DNA of 64,000 bases from a bacterium (lineage in GTDB: Bacteria; UBA8248). The translations under genes were made by a program, and so were the position numbers. Shown here one piece after another: positions 1 through 7,638 of this stretch. Location of the stretch: assembly GCA_965203325.1 (NCBI GenBank), contig OZ241875.1:1024001-1088000 (forward strand), given 5' to 3'. Numbering within the stretch: position 1 is the stretch's first letter; the number at the start of each line of letters is the position of its first letter. A model generated the notes under the pieces. That model had not been told where the DNA came from, made no database searches, and worked only from the letters and a program-made list of their open reading frames with translations.

Positions 1-120
1 GGGAGGCCGTGTTTCGGGAGGCCGTGTGGACGGCGGCGCCGACGTGTTCCCGCCACCGCAGGCGGCGAGGGTCAGCGCGCACGCGAGCGCGGCGGCGCAA
101 CAAAGTATCCGGTGTGTCAT
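1..120 (-). CDS. Lipoprotein, 5' part only (runs off window edge)
   Basis: Minus-strand ATG at 120 preceded by GAAAGGAG. Translation MTHRILCCAAALACALTLAAC-GGGNTSAPPSTRPPETRPP has an LAAC lipobox followed by Pro-rich repeats. Not in the ORF track because it is truncated. Confidence 0.75.
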   Translation of the reverse strand, partial: MTHRILCCAAALACALTLAACGGGNTSAPPSTRPPETRPP

Positions 121-172
121 GAGAGTCGTTCTCCTTTCAGATCGGAGGCATGTCCGCATCGGCGCATCCCCC

Positions 173-3100
173 TCAGAACCGCAGGCTGAGGTCGAGCCCC
201 AGTTCGTGCTCGGGCTCGGACACGGCGCTCTCGCGCCGCTCGCCCGCCAGTTCCACGCGAAGGTCCGCGCCCCGCGCCTCGTACCGCGCACCGAGCCTGA
301 GGCGCCGGCTCTCCCCGCCGGCGAGGCCGGCTTCCGCGAACGGCGTCAGCACCCCGCCCGACGCCGTCCCGAACCCGTAGCCGACCTGCGCGTCGAGCGC
401 GCCGTCGTCGCCCGAAGCCGCCGGGTTCGGCATCTCCTCCGCCCACAGCGCCCGCGCGCCGCCCGTTCCCGCGCCCCAGCGGGGCGCGAGCGCGAAGAAC
501 AGGCCGCGGCCGCCGGCGCCCGGACCGGCGCGCACCGTCAGGCTCACGCCCCGCTCCTCCGCACCCTCCTCGCTGTGCGCCGCCAGCCACCGCCCGCGCA
601 TCTCCACCGAAACCCCGGGCGCCGCGTAGCGCACGCCGCCGGCGAGCTCGAACCCGCTGCCCTTAAGCCCGTCGCCGCCGTCGTGGCGCACCGCCGCCTC
701 CAGGAAGGGCTCCAGGCTGCTCTCGCCCGCCAGCGCGAAGCGCCGCGAGGCCTCGAGCCCCGCCCGCAGCCGCCAGCTGTCGGCGGAGAGCCCGTGGATC
801 GCGTCCGGGCCGTCATCGGTCTCCATCTGCGTGACGCTCGCGTCGGCGCGCACCGCCAGCGCCGCGCCGGCGAGTCCGCCGAGCGCACGCCTGACCCCCA
901 CCGACGCCATCCGCATCGTGAGGTCGCCGGTCTCCGCGTCCGCGTCCCCGGGCTCGTGGCGCGCCTCGCCCCAGCCCGCGCCCGCCACCGCGCGCAGCTC
1001 CAGGCCGTCCGCGAGCGTCCAGCGCCCGTAGGGATAGACCGCCGTCAGCGTCGTCTCCAGCCGGCCCCGGCCGGTGAGCGCGCCCCCGGCGAAGGAATAA
1101 TCCGCCTCGCCCGTCCCGTGGCTCACCGCGAGGCCCGCCACCCACGGGTCCGAGCGCCCGTCCACGCCCAGCCAGCCCGTGCGCAGCTTCCCGTCGTAGC
1201 GGAGCCCCGTCTCGCCGCCTCCCGCGAACGTCCCGAGGTCCCCCCGGCCCCACACCGCCCACTGCGGCGCCGCCGGGCCGGCGTCCTCCGCCGAGGCGAG
1301 ACGCACCGAGAAGGCGCTCGCGCCGAACAGGTCGGACGCCGCAAGCGCCCGGCTCTCCGTGCAGCCCGAAGCCGGCACAAGGCCGGCGGCGGCGTACCGC
1401 TCCGGCGCGCAATCGCGCAGCGCGTAGGCCGCGGCGGAACCATCGAGCGACACCGCCTGCCCGGCCAGCGTCACGCCGCTCGCGCCGATGTCGGCGAACC
1501 TGCTCCCGATGTTGTCCAGCGCGCTCGCCGTCGCCCTTCTCACCACCGCCGCCAGCGCGCGCCTCACAGCGCCCTCAACCGCCGCGCGCCGCGGGTCCGC
1601 CGCCACCGCGACCGCGAAGGTGAGCGCCGCCTCGTCGCCGTCCGCGTCCCGCACCGTCCAGGTGTAGCGCACAGGCCTCTGCGACCGCGACGGCGTGCCG
1701 CTCAGCCTCCGCGTGCCTAAGTCGAGGCTCAGCCCCGGGGGCGGGGAAGGCGCCAGGCGGTAGGTCAGCGTCCCGTCGCCGCCCGTCGCCGCCGGAAGCG
1801 CCAGCGCCGCGATCGCCGTGCCCGCCGTCCATGACTGGTCCGCGACCGCCGCGTCGCCGAACGACGGCATCAGGTTCTCCTCCACCTCGACCGTGAAGGT
1901 GAGCGCCGCCTCATCCCCGTCCGCGTCCCGCACCGTCCAGGTGTAGCGCACCGGCCCCTGCGCCGCCTCCGGCGTGCCGCTCAGCGTGCGCGCGCCTGAG
2001 TCCAGCGCCAGGCCCGAAGGCGGCTCGGGCGTCAGGCGGTAGGTCAGTGTCCCGTCGCCGCCCCTCGCCCGGGGCAGCGTCAGCGCCGTGATCGCCGTGT
2101 TCTGCTTGTACGACTGTGCGGCGACCGCCGCGGACCCGAAGCTCGGCGTCAGGTCCGGCGCTGCGCCTCCGCCGCCGCCTCCGCCGCCTACATTGCCGCC
2201 GCCTCCGCCTACATTGCCGCCGCCCCCGCCGCCGCGGTCGTCGTCCCGGATCGTAATCTGCACAGAACGCGGGCTGCCCGCCGTCACCTCAGACGGCAGC
2301 GTCCCCAGCGCCACCGTGAACGTCTCGTCGTCGGTGTCGCTGTCCTGCGCCGTGGTGATGGTCCCCGTTCCGTTGGTCGCGCCCGAGGCGATCGTGATGC
2401 CCGTCAGCGTCCCGTGGTCCTCGGGCTCGGCCGTGCCGTCGGTGATCGTCAGCGGTATCGTCACGCTGCTCGACAGCGCCGCCGACAGCGTCGCCGTCAC
2501 GGTCACGCTCGATCCCTCCGCCACCGTCGGCGAGGCCGACAGCGTCACCGTGGGCGTGGTCGTGTCCAGCGTCGCCACGGCCCCCTCGGTCGTGCCCGTC
2601 GCGTGCGCCCAGAAGCCCTTGCCGCTCGCGTTCTCCGCGCGCACCCGCACCCGGTAGGTCGTGCCGTCGTCGAGGCCCGTGATGGCCTGCGAGGCCGCCG
2701 TGCCGCTGCGGCTCACCGCCACCCATTCCGTCGCCACGTTCGTGCCCACGGCCGCGCCGGCGGCGACCGTGTTCGATGCGGTATAGTGCACGTCGTAGCC
2801 CGTCAGCGTCCCCGAGGGCGCCGTCCAGGCGAGGTCCAGCCTGCCGTCGCCGGGCGTCACCGCCAGGCCCGCCGGCGCGGCCGGCGCGTTCTGCGCATGC
2901 CGCGTGACGGTGACCGTCCAGGTCGTGTTGGCCCCCTGCCCCAGCGTCGACGACGCCACCACCTCGATGGCGTTCGCGCCGGCGTCCAGCGCGATCGCCC
3001 CGCTCGTGTCGCCGCTTGTCAGCGACACCGCGGCGGCGCCCCGCTTGCCCACCGACAGCACGTACCCCCCCAGCACGCCGACCGTCGGCCTCGCCTTCAC

Positions 3101-5257
3101 GTGCGTCACCGCGTGCGGCACCGCCGCCGTGTAGTCCGTCACGCGCGGCGAGAAGCCCGGGCTCAGCGCCAGCGCGTCGTAGCTCGCATTCTCGCCCTGC
3201 GCCTTGGTGAGCGCCAGGCCCGTCAGCAGCAGGCCCTCCGGCGTGCCCGCGCCCTCCACCCAGGGGCTCACCAGCCTTCCGCCGGCGTTGCTCGCTCGCA
3301 CCCGCACCCGGTAGCGCTGCAGGTTCCGGCCCCTGACCGTGTACGAGGTCGCCGTGGCATCGTTGTGGGGCCCGCTCGCGCGCTGGAGCGCCACCCAGCC
3401 CACGGCCTCGTCGACGCCGCGCGCGCGGGCGTCCGCCGCGACGGCGGTCGAGGTGGTGTAGTCCACCCAGTAGGCCGTCACCGTCCCCACCGGCGGCGCC
3501 GTCCACGACAGGTCCAGCTTCCCGTCGCCCGGCGTCACCGTCAGGCCGGTCGGCGCCGCGGGCGCCAGCGCGGCCTCCACCGGCGCCGTCCACACGCCCG
3601 CGGACATGCCGTCGCGCTTCACCGAGCGCACCCGCACCAGGTAGGTCTCGCCGACGGCGAGGCCCGTGAAGGTGTGGCTCGTGCCCGTCACGTCCGTGTC
3701 GGTGTTCGGCCAGGCCGCGGCCGACTTCAGCTTGCTCTGCACCTCGTAGCGCGCCACGTCCACACCCGCCGGCGCCTTCCAGCGCGCCGTCAGCTCGCGG
3801 TCTCCCGGCCTCAGCGTCAGGCCCGAGGGGACGTTCGACGTCGGCGTGCCGGTGGCGAAGACGTAAGCGCCCTCCGGGCCCGCCGTGCGCAGGCGCACCC
3901 GGTACGCCCTGCCGTTGGTCAGGCCGGTAATCGTGTACGAGGTGTCGGTGTCGTCGACATCAGCAGACACGGCCACCCAGTGCGTGGCCGCGTTCGAGCC
4001 CGAGCTCGCCGCGGCGTCGGCGACCGCGCCGGCGCCCGTCCTCGGCGCCGAGGTGTAGTCCAGCTCGTACGCCACGAAATCCCCGTCGGGCCGGGTCCAG
4101 GTTACGAGGAGCTGCGCATTGCCCGGCGTGACCGTCAGGCCGGGCAGGCCGAGCGCCTCCGGCGTGCCGGCGCCGAACGCCCAGGCGCCGTCGCCCCCGG
4201 CGCTCGTCGCCCGCACCCGCACCCGGTGGGCAGACCCGCTCGGCAATTTGCCAATCCTGTGCGAGGTCCTCGCGCCGTGACCGTTGCGGGACACCGCCAC
4301 CCAGCCAGTCGCGCCGTTGGTGCCGGCTTGCACCGCCGCGTCGTTCGCGACCGTGCCCACGGCCGCCGACGTGTAGTGCACGTCGTAGCCCGTCACCGTC
4401 CCCGGCGGCGCCGTCCACGACACGTCCAGCCGCGTCGGGCCCGGCGTGACGCGCAGACCCGTCGGCGCGGCCAGCGGCACCGCCGCGCCGTTGACGCGGA
4501 TTTTCATCGACCGACCATGAGCTTCGGCGGTCCAGGTCGACGAAGCGGTCGGCGCGGCCGATCCGTTTCGAAAGAAGTTACCTGCGTTGGCGATGCTCCA
4601 GCCGGCGGCCGCTCCGCTGTCTTCCGCATCCTTGGCGTTATGCGTGAGCTCAAAGGTGGAGAGAGTCTCGGCAGTGGTGTAAACGACCACGTGGTATTCG
4701 GTGCTCGCCGCGAGCGTGGTGCCTGCCGGTGCCGAAAAGGTGGAGGCCCTTGCGCCCGTCGCAAAGCTCGAAGGAACCGTCAGGTCCGCGAGCTTCGACC
4801 CGGGCTTGCCGCTGCTGGATGACCAAAGCTCCGCCTCGATCGTCGCAATCTGCTGCGCGGTCAGGGCGGCGGTAAAGACGTTCGTACGTATCTCGATGCT
4901 TTCGAGGGTGTAGCCGCCGCCGTTGGAGCCTGTCGTGAAGCCTTGAGCGCGGGCGAATACTCTGGCCGTTTGCAGGTTATCTAACCCCGTCTGCCCGATG
5001 TTGCTCACCAACACATCGGCGGCGGCCGGGGCGGCGGCGAACGGGGAGAGCGCCGCAAGCAGCAGCGCGAGGACGGGAAGGAGACGGAAGCGGCGGGCGC
5101 GGGGGCGCCCGGTGCGCGGCTCAGGCTTGCGCCCGGAACCTGGCCGGGAATGCGGGACGCCGTTCGGGCCGCTCGTGCCGCCCTTTTCTTCGGATGACGG
5201 ATGACGGACCATGCCGCCCCCGGTTGCAAGCCTCTCCATGCGATGTCTCATTTTCAT
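173..5257 (-). CDS. Large autotransporter adhesin: long signal peptide, N-terminal tip domain, 5 fibronectin type III domains, cadherin-like, Calx-beta-like, 2 Ig-like repeats, C-terminal beta-barrel
   Basis: Hydrophobic LLPVLALLLAALSPFAAAPAAA-DVLVSN signal; repeated APTGLxVTPGDGxLDLxWTAP...GYDVHYT...YRVRVRA Fn3 motif; two TLPxAxGGDGTLTYRL...YTWTVRDADGDEAALTF repeats; WAVWGRGD barrel start; C-terminal LDLSLRF beta-signal. Confidence 0.9.
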   Translation of the reverse strand: MKMRHRMERLATGGGMVRHPSSEEKGGTSGPNGVPHSRPGSGRKPEPRTGRPRARRFRLLPVLALLLAALSPFAAAPAAADVLVSNIGQTGLDNLQTARVFARAQGFTTGSNGGGYTLESIEIRTNVFTAALTAQQIATIEAELWSSSSGKPGSKLADLTVPSSFATGARASTFSAPAGTTLAASTEYHVVVYTTAETLSTFELTHNAKDAEDSGAAAGWSIANAGNFFRNGSAAPTASSTWTAEAHGRSMKIRVNGAAVPLAAPTGLRVTPGPTRLDVSWTAPPGTVTGYDVHYTSAAVGTVANDAAVQAGTNGATGWVAVSRNGHGARTSHRIGKLPSGSAHRVRVRATSAGGDGAWAFGAGTPEALGLPGLTVTPGNAQLLVTWTRPDGDFVAYELDYTSAPRTGAGAVADAAASSGSNAATHWVAVSADVDDTDTSYTITGLTNGRAYRVRLRTAGPEGAYVFATGTPTSNVPSGLTLRPGDRELTARWKAPAGVDVARYEVQSKLKSAAAWPNTDTDVTGTSHTFTGLAVGETYLVRVRSVKRDGMSAGVWTAPVEAALAPAAPTGLTVTPGDGKLDLSWTAPPVGTVTAYWVDYTTSTAVAADARARGVDEAVGWVALQRASGPHNDATATSYTVRGRNLQRYRVRVRASNAGGRLVSPWVEGAGTPEGLLLTGLALTKAQGENASYDALALSPGFSPRVTDYTAAVPHAVTHVKARPTVGVLGGYVLSVGKRGAAAVSLTSGDTSGAIALDAGANAIEVVASSTLGQGANTTWTVTVTRHAQNAPAAPAGLAVTPGDGRLDLAWTAPSGTLTGYDVHYTASNTVAAGAAVGTNVATEWVAVSRSGTAASQAITGLDDGTTYRVRVRAENASGKGFWAHATGTTEGAVATLDTTTPTVTLSASPTVAEGSSVTVTATLSAALSSSVTIPLTITDGTAEPEDHGTLTGITIASGATNGTGTITTAQDSDTDDETFTVALGTLPSEVTAGSPRSVQITIRDDDRGGGGGGNVGGGGGNVGGGGGGGGAAPDLTPSFGSAAVAAQSYKQNTAITALTLPRARGGDGTLTYRLTPEPPSGLALDSGARTLSGTPEAAQGPVRYTWTVRDADGDEAALTFTVEVEENLMPSFGDAAVADQSWTAGTAIAALALPAATGGDGTLTYRLAPSPPPGLSLDLGTRRLSGTPSRSQRPVRYTWTVRDADGDEAALTFAVAVAADPRRAAVEGAVRRALAAVVRRATASALDNIGSRFADIGASGVTLAGQAVSLDGSAAAYALRDCAPERYAAAGLVPASGCTESRALAASDLFGASAFSVRLASAEDAGPAAPQWAVWGRGDLGTFAGGGETGLRYDGKLRTGWLGVDGRSDPWVAGLAVSHGTGEADYSFAGGALTGRGRLETTLTAVYPYGRWTLADGLELRAVAGAGWGEARHEPGDADAETGDLTMRMASVGVRRALGGLAGAALAVRADASVTQMETDDGPDAIHGLSADSWRLRAGLEASRRFALAGESSLEPFLEAAVRHDGGDGLKGSGFELAGGVRYAAPGVSVEMRGRWLAAHSEEGAEERGVSLTVRAGPGAGGRGLFFALAPRWGAGTGGARALWAEEMPNPAASGDDGALDAQVGYGFGTASGGVLTPFAEAGLAGGESRRLRLGARYEARGADLRVELAGERRESAVSEPEHELGLDLSLRF
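2184..2225. repeat. 21-bp tandem repeat (x2) within a poly-Gly linker of the autotransporter
   Basis: ccgcctacattgccgccgcct / ccgcctacattgccgccgccc, encoding GGGGGNV x2 on the minus strand. Confidence 0.85.
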
Positions 5258-5504
5258 TTTCCGGGTCCTTCCCTCTGGTGGAATCCTCAGAGCCGAACAA
5301 AGATGCGAATCCGCCTGATATTCGCCATGCTTCCGCCGGGGACCGCCCGGCGGACGTGCCGGGCGACCCCCTGGAGGAAACCGCTACTGCCGGTTCGCCG
5401 TATCCCGGGCAGCTCGAAATACGGTAGACTTGCGGACTCGCAGTCCGGGCCGGTGGTTCCGCGAGACAAGAATCCCTGCGGTATGCGCCCACCTCGAACC
5501 CGGG

Positions 5505-5538
5505 CTGGTGTCCGCTAATTGCCGTTATTGGCCCCCAG
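5505..5538. repeat. Left putative tyrosine-recombinase site (loxP-like, 13+8+13 bp)
   Basis: ctggtgtccgcta-attgccgt-tattggcccccag has imperfect palindromic arms around an asymmetric core. 5505-5528 is a 22/24 inverted repeat of 5694-5717. Confidence 0.7.
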
Positions 5539-5660
5539 AAGCCTTGTTTTCCGCCGAAAAACCCGTTTCGGGGGGCATTCGGGCCGCAAATGAGCGAAAG
5601 GTGAGCGAAAAAAGGCGCAAAACGGCGCCCGAAACCCCTCCGGGGACCCCGGAATTGCGC

Positions 5661-5688
5661 TTGACATGGCCGTGAGAGGTGTTAAATT
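5661..5688 (+). promoter_or_regulatory. Sigma70-type promoter inside the putative invertible segment
   Basis: TTGACA (5661-5666), 16-bp spacer, TAAATT (5683-5688), with an extended -10 TG at 5680-5681. An AT-rich patch in otherwise GC-rich DNA. Confidence 0.7.
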
Positions 5689-5717
5689 TTCTGATAACGG
5701 CAATTATCGGACTCCAG
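5684..5717. repeat. Right putative tyrosine-recombinase site, core inverted relative to the left site
   Basis: aaattttctgata-acggcaat-tatcggactccag; the core ACGGCAAT is the reverse complement of the left core ATTGCCGT; TCtGATAA/TTATCgGA dyad. Confidence 0.7.
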
Positions 5718-5825
5718 AAACCCGCCGTTTCGCCGGTATTCCCCTGCGAAACGGCTTTTTTTGTGGAAATTCCCCGTCGTCGTCTATATTTGGTAATCGA
5801 CGAGGCCCTGGAGCGGCCTCAGGGA

Positions 5826-6022
5826 ATGGAAACGGCCGCCGATCTGGCGAAGGCGTCGATGTCTGAGAACACGCGGCGGGCGTACGGGACGGCGCTCAGG
5901 GTATTCGAGCGCTCGGGAAACCCCGAGACCGACGCCGGGATAGCGGCGTACCTGGGGGATCTCTACGAGGGGGGCACTCGGCGGCCGTGGCCGCGATGGC
6001 GAGGCTGCGCTACGGGCGGTGA
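5826..6022 (+). pseudogene. Cre-like tyrosine recombinase remnant (N-terminal core-binding domain, frameshift, apparent large internal deletion)
   Basis: METAADLAKASMSENTRRAYGTALRVFERSGNPETDAGIAAYLGDLYE resembles the integrase SAM-like N-terminus (S.NTRRAY...AAYL). After the G6 run (5969-5974) another frame continues GHSAAVAAMARLRYGR-stop. No catalytic domain. Confidence 0.7.
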
Positions 6023-6110
6023 GGTCCGCCCGGCGTTTCGTCGTGAGCATGTCCTTCGCGGCGGGCAGGTCCGCCGCGTGCAGGACGCCCGTCTTCTCCC
6101 GAATATCTCT

Positions 6111-6821
6111 CTACCGCCTCTTCTTTCTCCGGGCGGCTCTCTCCTCGGACGTGGAAGTCCATCTCCGCGCGGAGGCCCACTTCTCGAGGTCTTCGAGCAG
6201 GTAGCGCACCCGGTATCCGGTGCGAAGAAAATCCGGCCCCTCTCCGCTCACGCGGTAGCGCTCCAGCGTCTTGGGCGAGAGGCCGAGCCAGGCGGCCGCC
6301 TCCCGCGTGTTCAGGTGGTTCTCCTCCGTGCGCTCATCGGCGTCCCCGGGTTCCACGGCGGCGTCCCACGTCCCGTCGAACGGATCGGGCAAGTCCGCGA
6401 GCCTCTCGCGTATAACGCGGATTTCCTCTCGCGTCGCGTTGGCCGCCATCCAGGCGCGCACCCGGTCGAAGGTCTTGAGATACGGCGAGGCGCCCCGGCG
6501 CAGCCGCCCCACGAAGGAGGGATTCCCCACGGCCTCCTCGCCCAGGATCGAGACCTTGGTCCTGCTCACCGCGAGGAACGCCTCGACCTCGGCCCGCAGG
6601 AGCGGTCCCAGGGGCGGATACCCCATGAACGCGAGCACCCGGTCCGCCGTGTCGACCCGCAGGGGCCGCCCCCGGGCCTGCAGTCCCACGAAGCCGGGAA
6701 TGCCCAGCGCGCCCACCCCGAAGCGCCTCGCGCTCATCCCTCGGCGCGCGCGCCAGAGCGCAATGCTCCGGCGCATTCGCTCGTCCAGCGGGGTGCCGGT
6801 ATCGTCGTCGAACGCGGTCAT
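6111..6821 (-). CDS. DNA-binding protein: two tandem Cro/XRE-like HTH repeats plus C-terminal excisionase/AlpA-like (HTH_17) domain
   Basis: Repeats GMSARRFGVGALGIPGFV...RVDTADRVLAFM and TKVSILGEEAVGNPSFV...YLKTFDRVRAWM; C-terminal LNTREAAAWLGLSPKTLERYRVSGEGPDFLRTGYRVRYLLEDLEKW. Confidence 0.85.
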   Translation of the reverse strand: MTAFDDDTGTPLDERMRRSIALWRARRGMSARRFGVGALGIPGFVGLQARGRPLRVDTADRVLAFMGYPPLGPLLRAEVEAFLAVSRTKVSILGEEAVGNPSFVGRLRRGASPYLKTFDRVRAWMAANATREEIRVIRERLADLPDPFDGTWDAAVEPGDADERTEENHLNTREAAAWLGLSPKTLERYRVSGEGPDFLRTGYRVRYLLEDLEKWASARRWTSTSEERAARRKKRR

Positions 6822-7059
6822 GGCGCGCGAACATAAGGAAAGGACGAGCGCCCGTTCAATCGTTGTTTCTAGCGCAGAAGGTACACCCGGGAAGAGTCCG
6901 CGAGCGCGTCCGTGCGCGGGTCGCTCATCGGTTCAGCCTGAAATCAAGGGGGTTTTCCGGAAAACGAGGGTCGCTAGAGAACGTGCAGCGAGGCGCTGCG
7001 GAAAAAAAGGAAAGACGCCGCCCCCCGGGCGAGAGCTCGAAAACCTCTTTCGTTCACGC

Positions 7060-7187
7060 CGCAGTGGGCTGTTTCGCGAGTCGTCCCTGCGAATGACCGG
7101 CGATTGGCGGCGCCCGGCGAGTTGCATCTCGACCGGAGAAGCCCCTGCCATGGCAAGGCGCTGCGCGCTGCCCGTGCGCAGGTCGAA
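7060..7187 (-). pseudogene. Degenerate catalytic box II fragment of a Cre-like tyrosine recombinase
   Basis: FDLRTGSAQRLAMAGASPVEMQLAGRRQSPVIRRDD aligns without gaps to Cre HSARVGAARDMARAGVSIPEIMQAGGWTNVNIVMNY. The His, Trp and nucleophile Tyr positions are mutated (F, R, D). Confidence 0.7.
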
Positions 7188-7344
7188 ACGGCGCCGATTT
7201 CCTTGTTTCATTCGTTTTTATCGCATCGTATGCTGATGTTCCGGGTCGTCCGCCGAATACAATACGGCCAAGCCGAAACAGGCGGACATTCCTTCGTGGA
7301 TTGTATGCCAACGGCCCGGATTCTGGAGGACATATAAAATATCC

Positions 7345-7387
7345 GGCCGGGCAGGCGGGGCGCAGCAATGCCTCCGCCTACCCGGCC
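7345..7387 (-). terminator. GC-rich hairpin, possible terminator on minus strand
   Basis: Minus strand ggccgggtaggcgg(a)ggc / gccccgcctgcccggcc, followed by ggatattttata. Confidence 0.5.
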
Positions 7388-7410
7388 TGCCACCCCAGTA
7401 ATCATTCTCT

Positions 7411-7638
7411 CATGGGGTGATGAGCATCAAAAATTCGCCGACCCGAATCGGATACGCCGTGCCATACCAACAACTGCCTCTGAGCCTTGTGGTATTATCA
7501 CCCTGCCAACGAACGATTTACCGGTCTTGTAAACGTTCGGCGGCAGGGTGATAATTTAGTCGATGCCGGAGACATTTGTAGGAATTGCACGGTGTAGCTA
7601 GCTTCAGTTGGTGTTTTCCAGTTCCTAATCACCCCACG
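7411..7638. ncRNA. Candidate structured non-coding RNA of unknown class
   Basis: Ends pair (7413-7421 tggggtgat / 7628-7636 atcacccca); long central hairpin 7494-7555 with a 14-bp perfect base; further helices 7453-7462/7587-7596, 7579-7587/7619-7627 and 7423-7430/7560-7567; no credible ORF. Confidence 0.5.

Larger units (their letters stand above)
1..7200. mobile_element. GC-rich accessory island / decayed integrative element (left end outside window, right end approximate)
   Basis: Visibly higher GC than downstream DNA; recombinase remnants, excisionase-like HTH and adhesin cargo. Confidence 0.55.

Noticed and set aside
26..4822. Long plus-strand and alternative-frame ORFs (26..1720, 2414..4822, 2289..3593 etc.)
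   Set aside because: Arg/Ala/Gly-rich shadow frames of the GC-rich autotransporter with no recognisable motifs.
5505..5717. Chromosomal dif (XerCD) site
   Set aside because: Shares the TAA-N6-TTA geometry, but neither arm matches the XerD box TTATGTTAAAT. Two inverted copies next to a Cre-like gene fit a dedicated recombinase better.
5679..6836. 385-aa ORF as a real gene
   Set aside because: A chimera: only 5826-5970 is integrase-like. The start overlaps the promoter and recombination site, and the rest is antisense to the HTH gene.
7411..7638. Complete retron or DGR
   Set aside because: No reverse transcriptase (YADD-type motif) and no TR/VR pair anywhere in the window.
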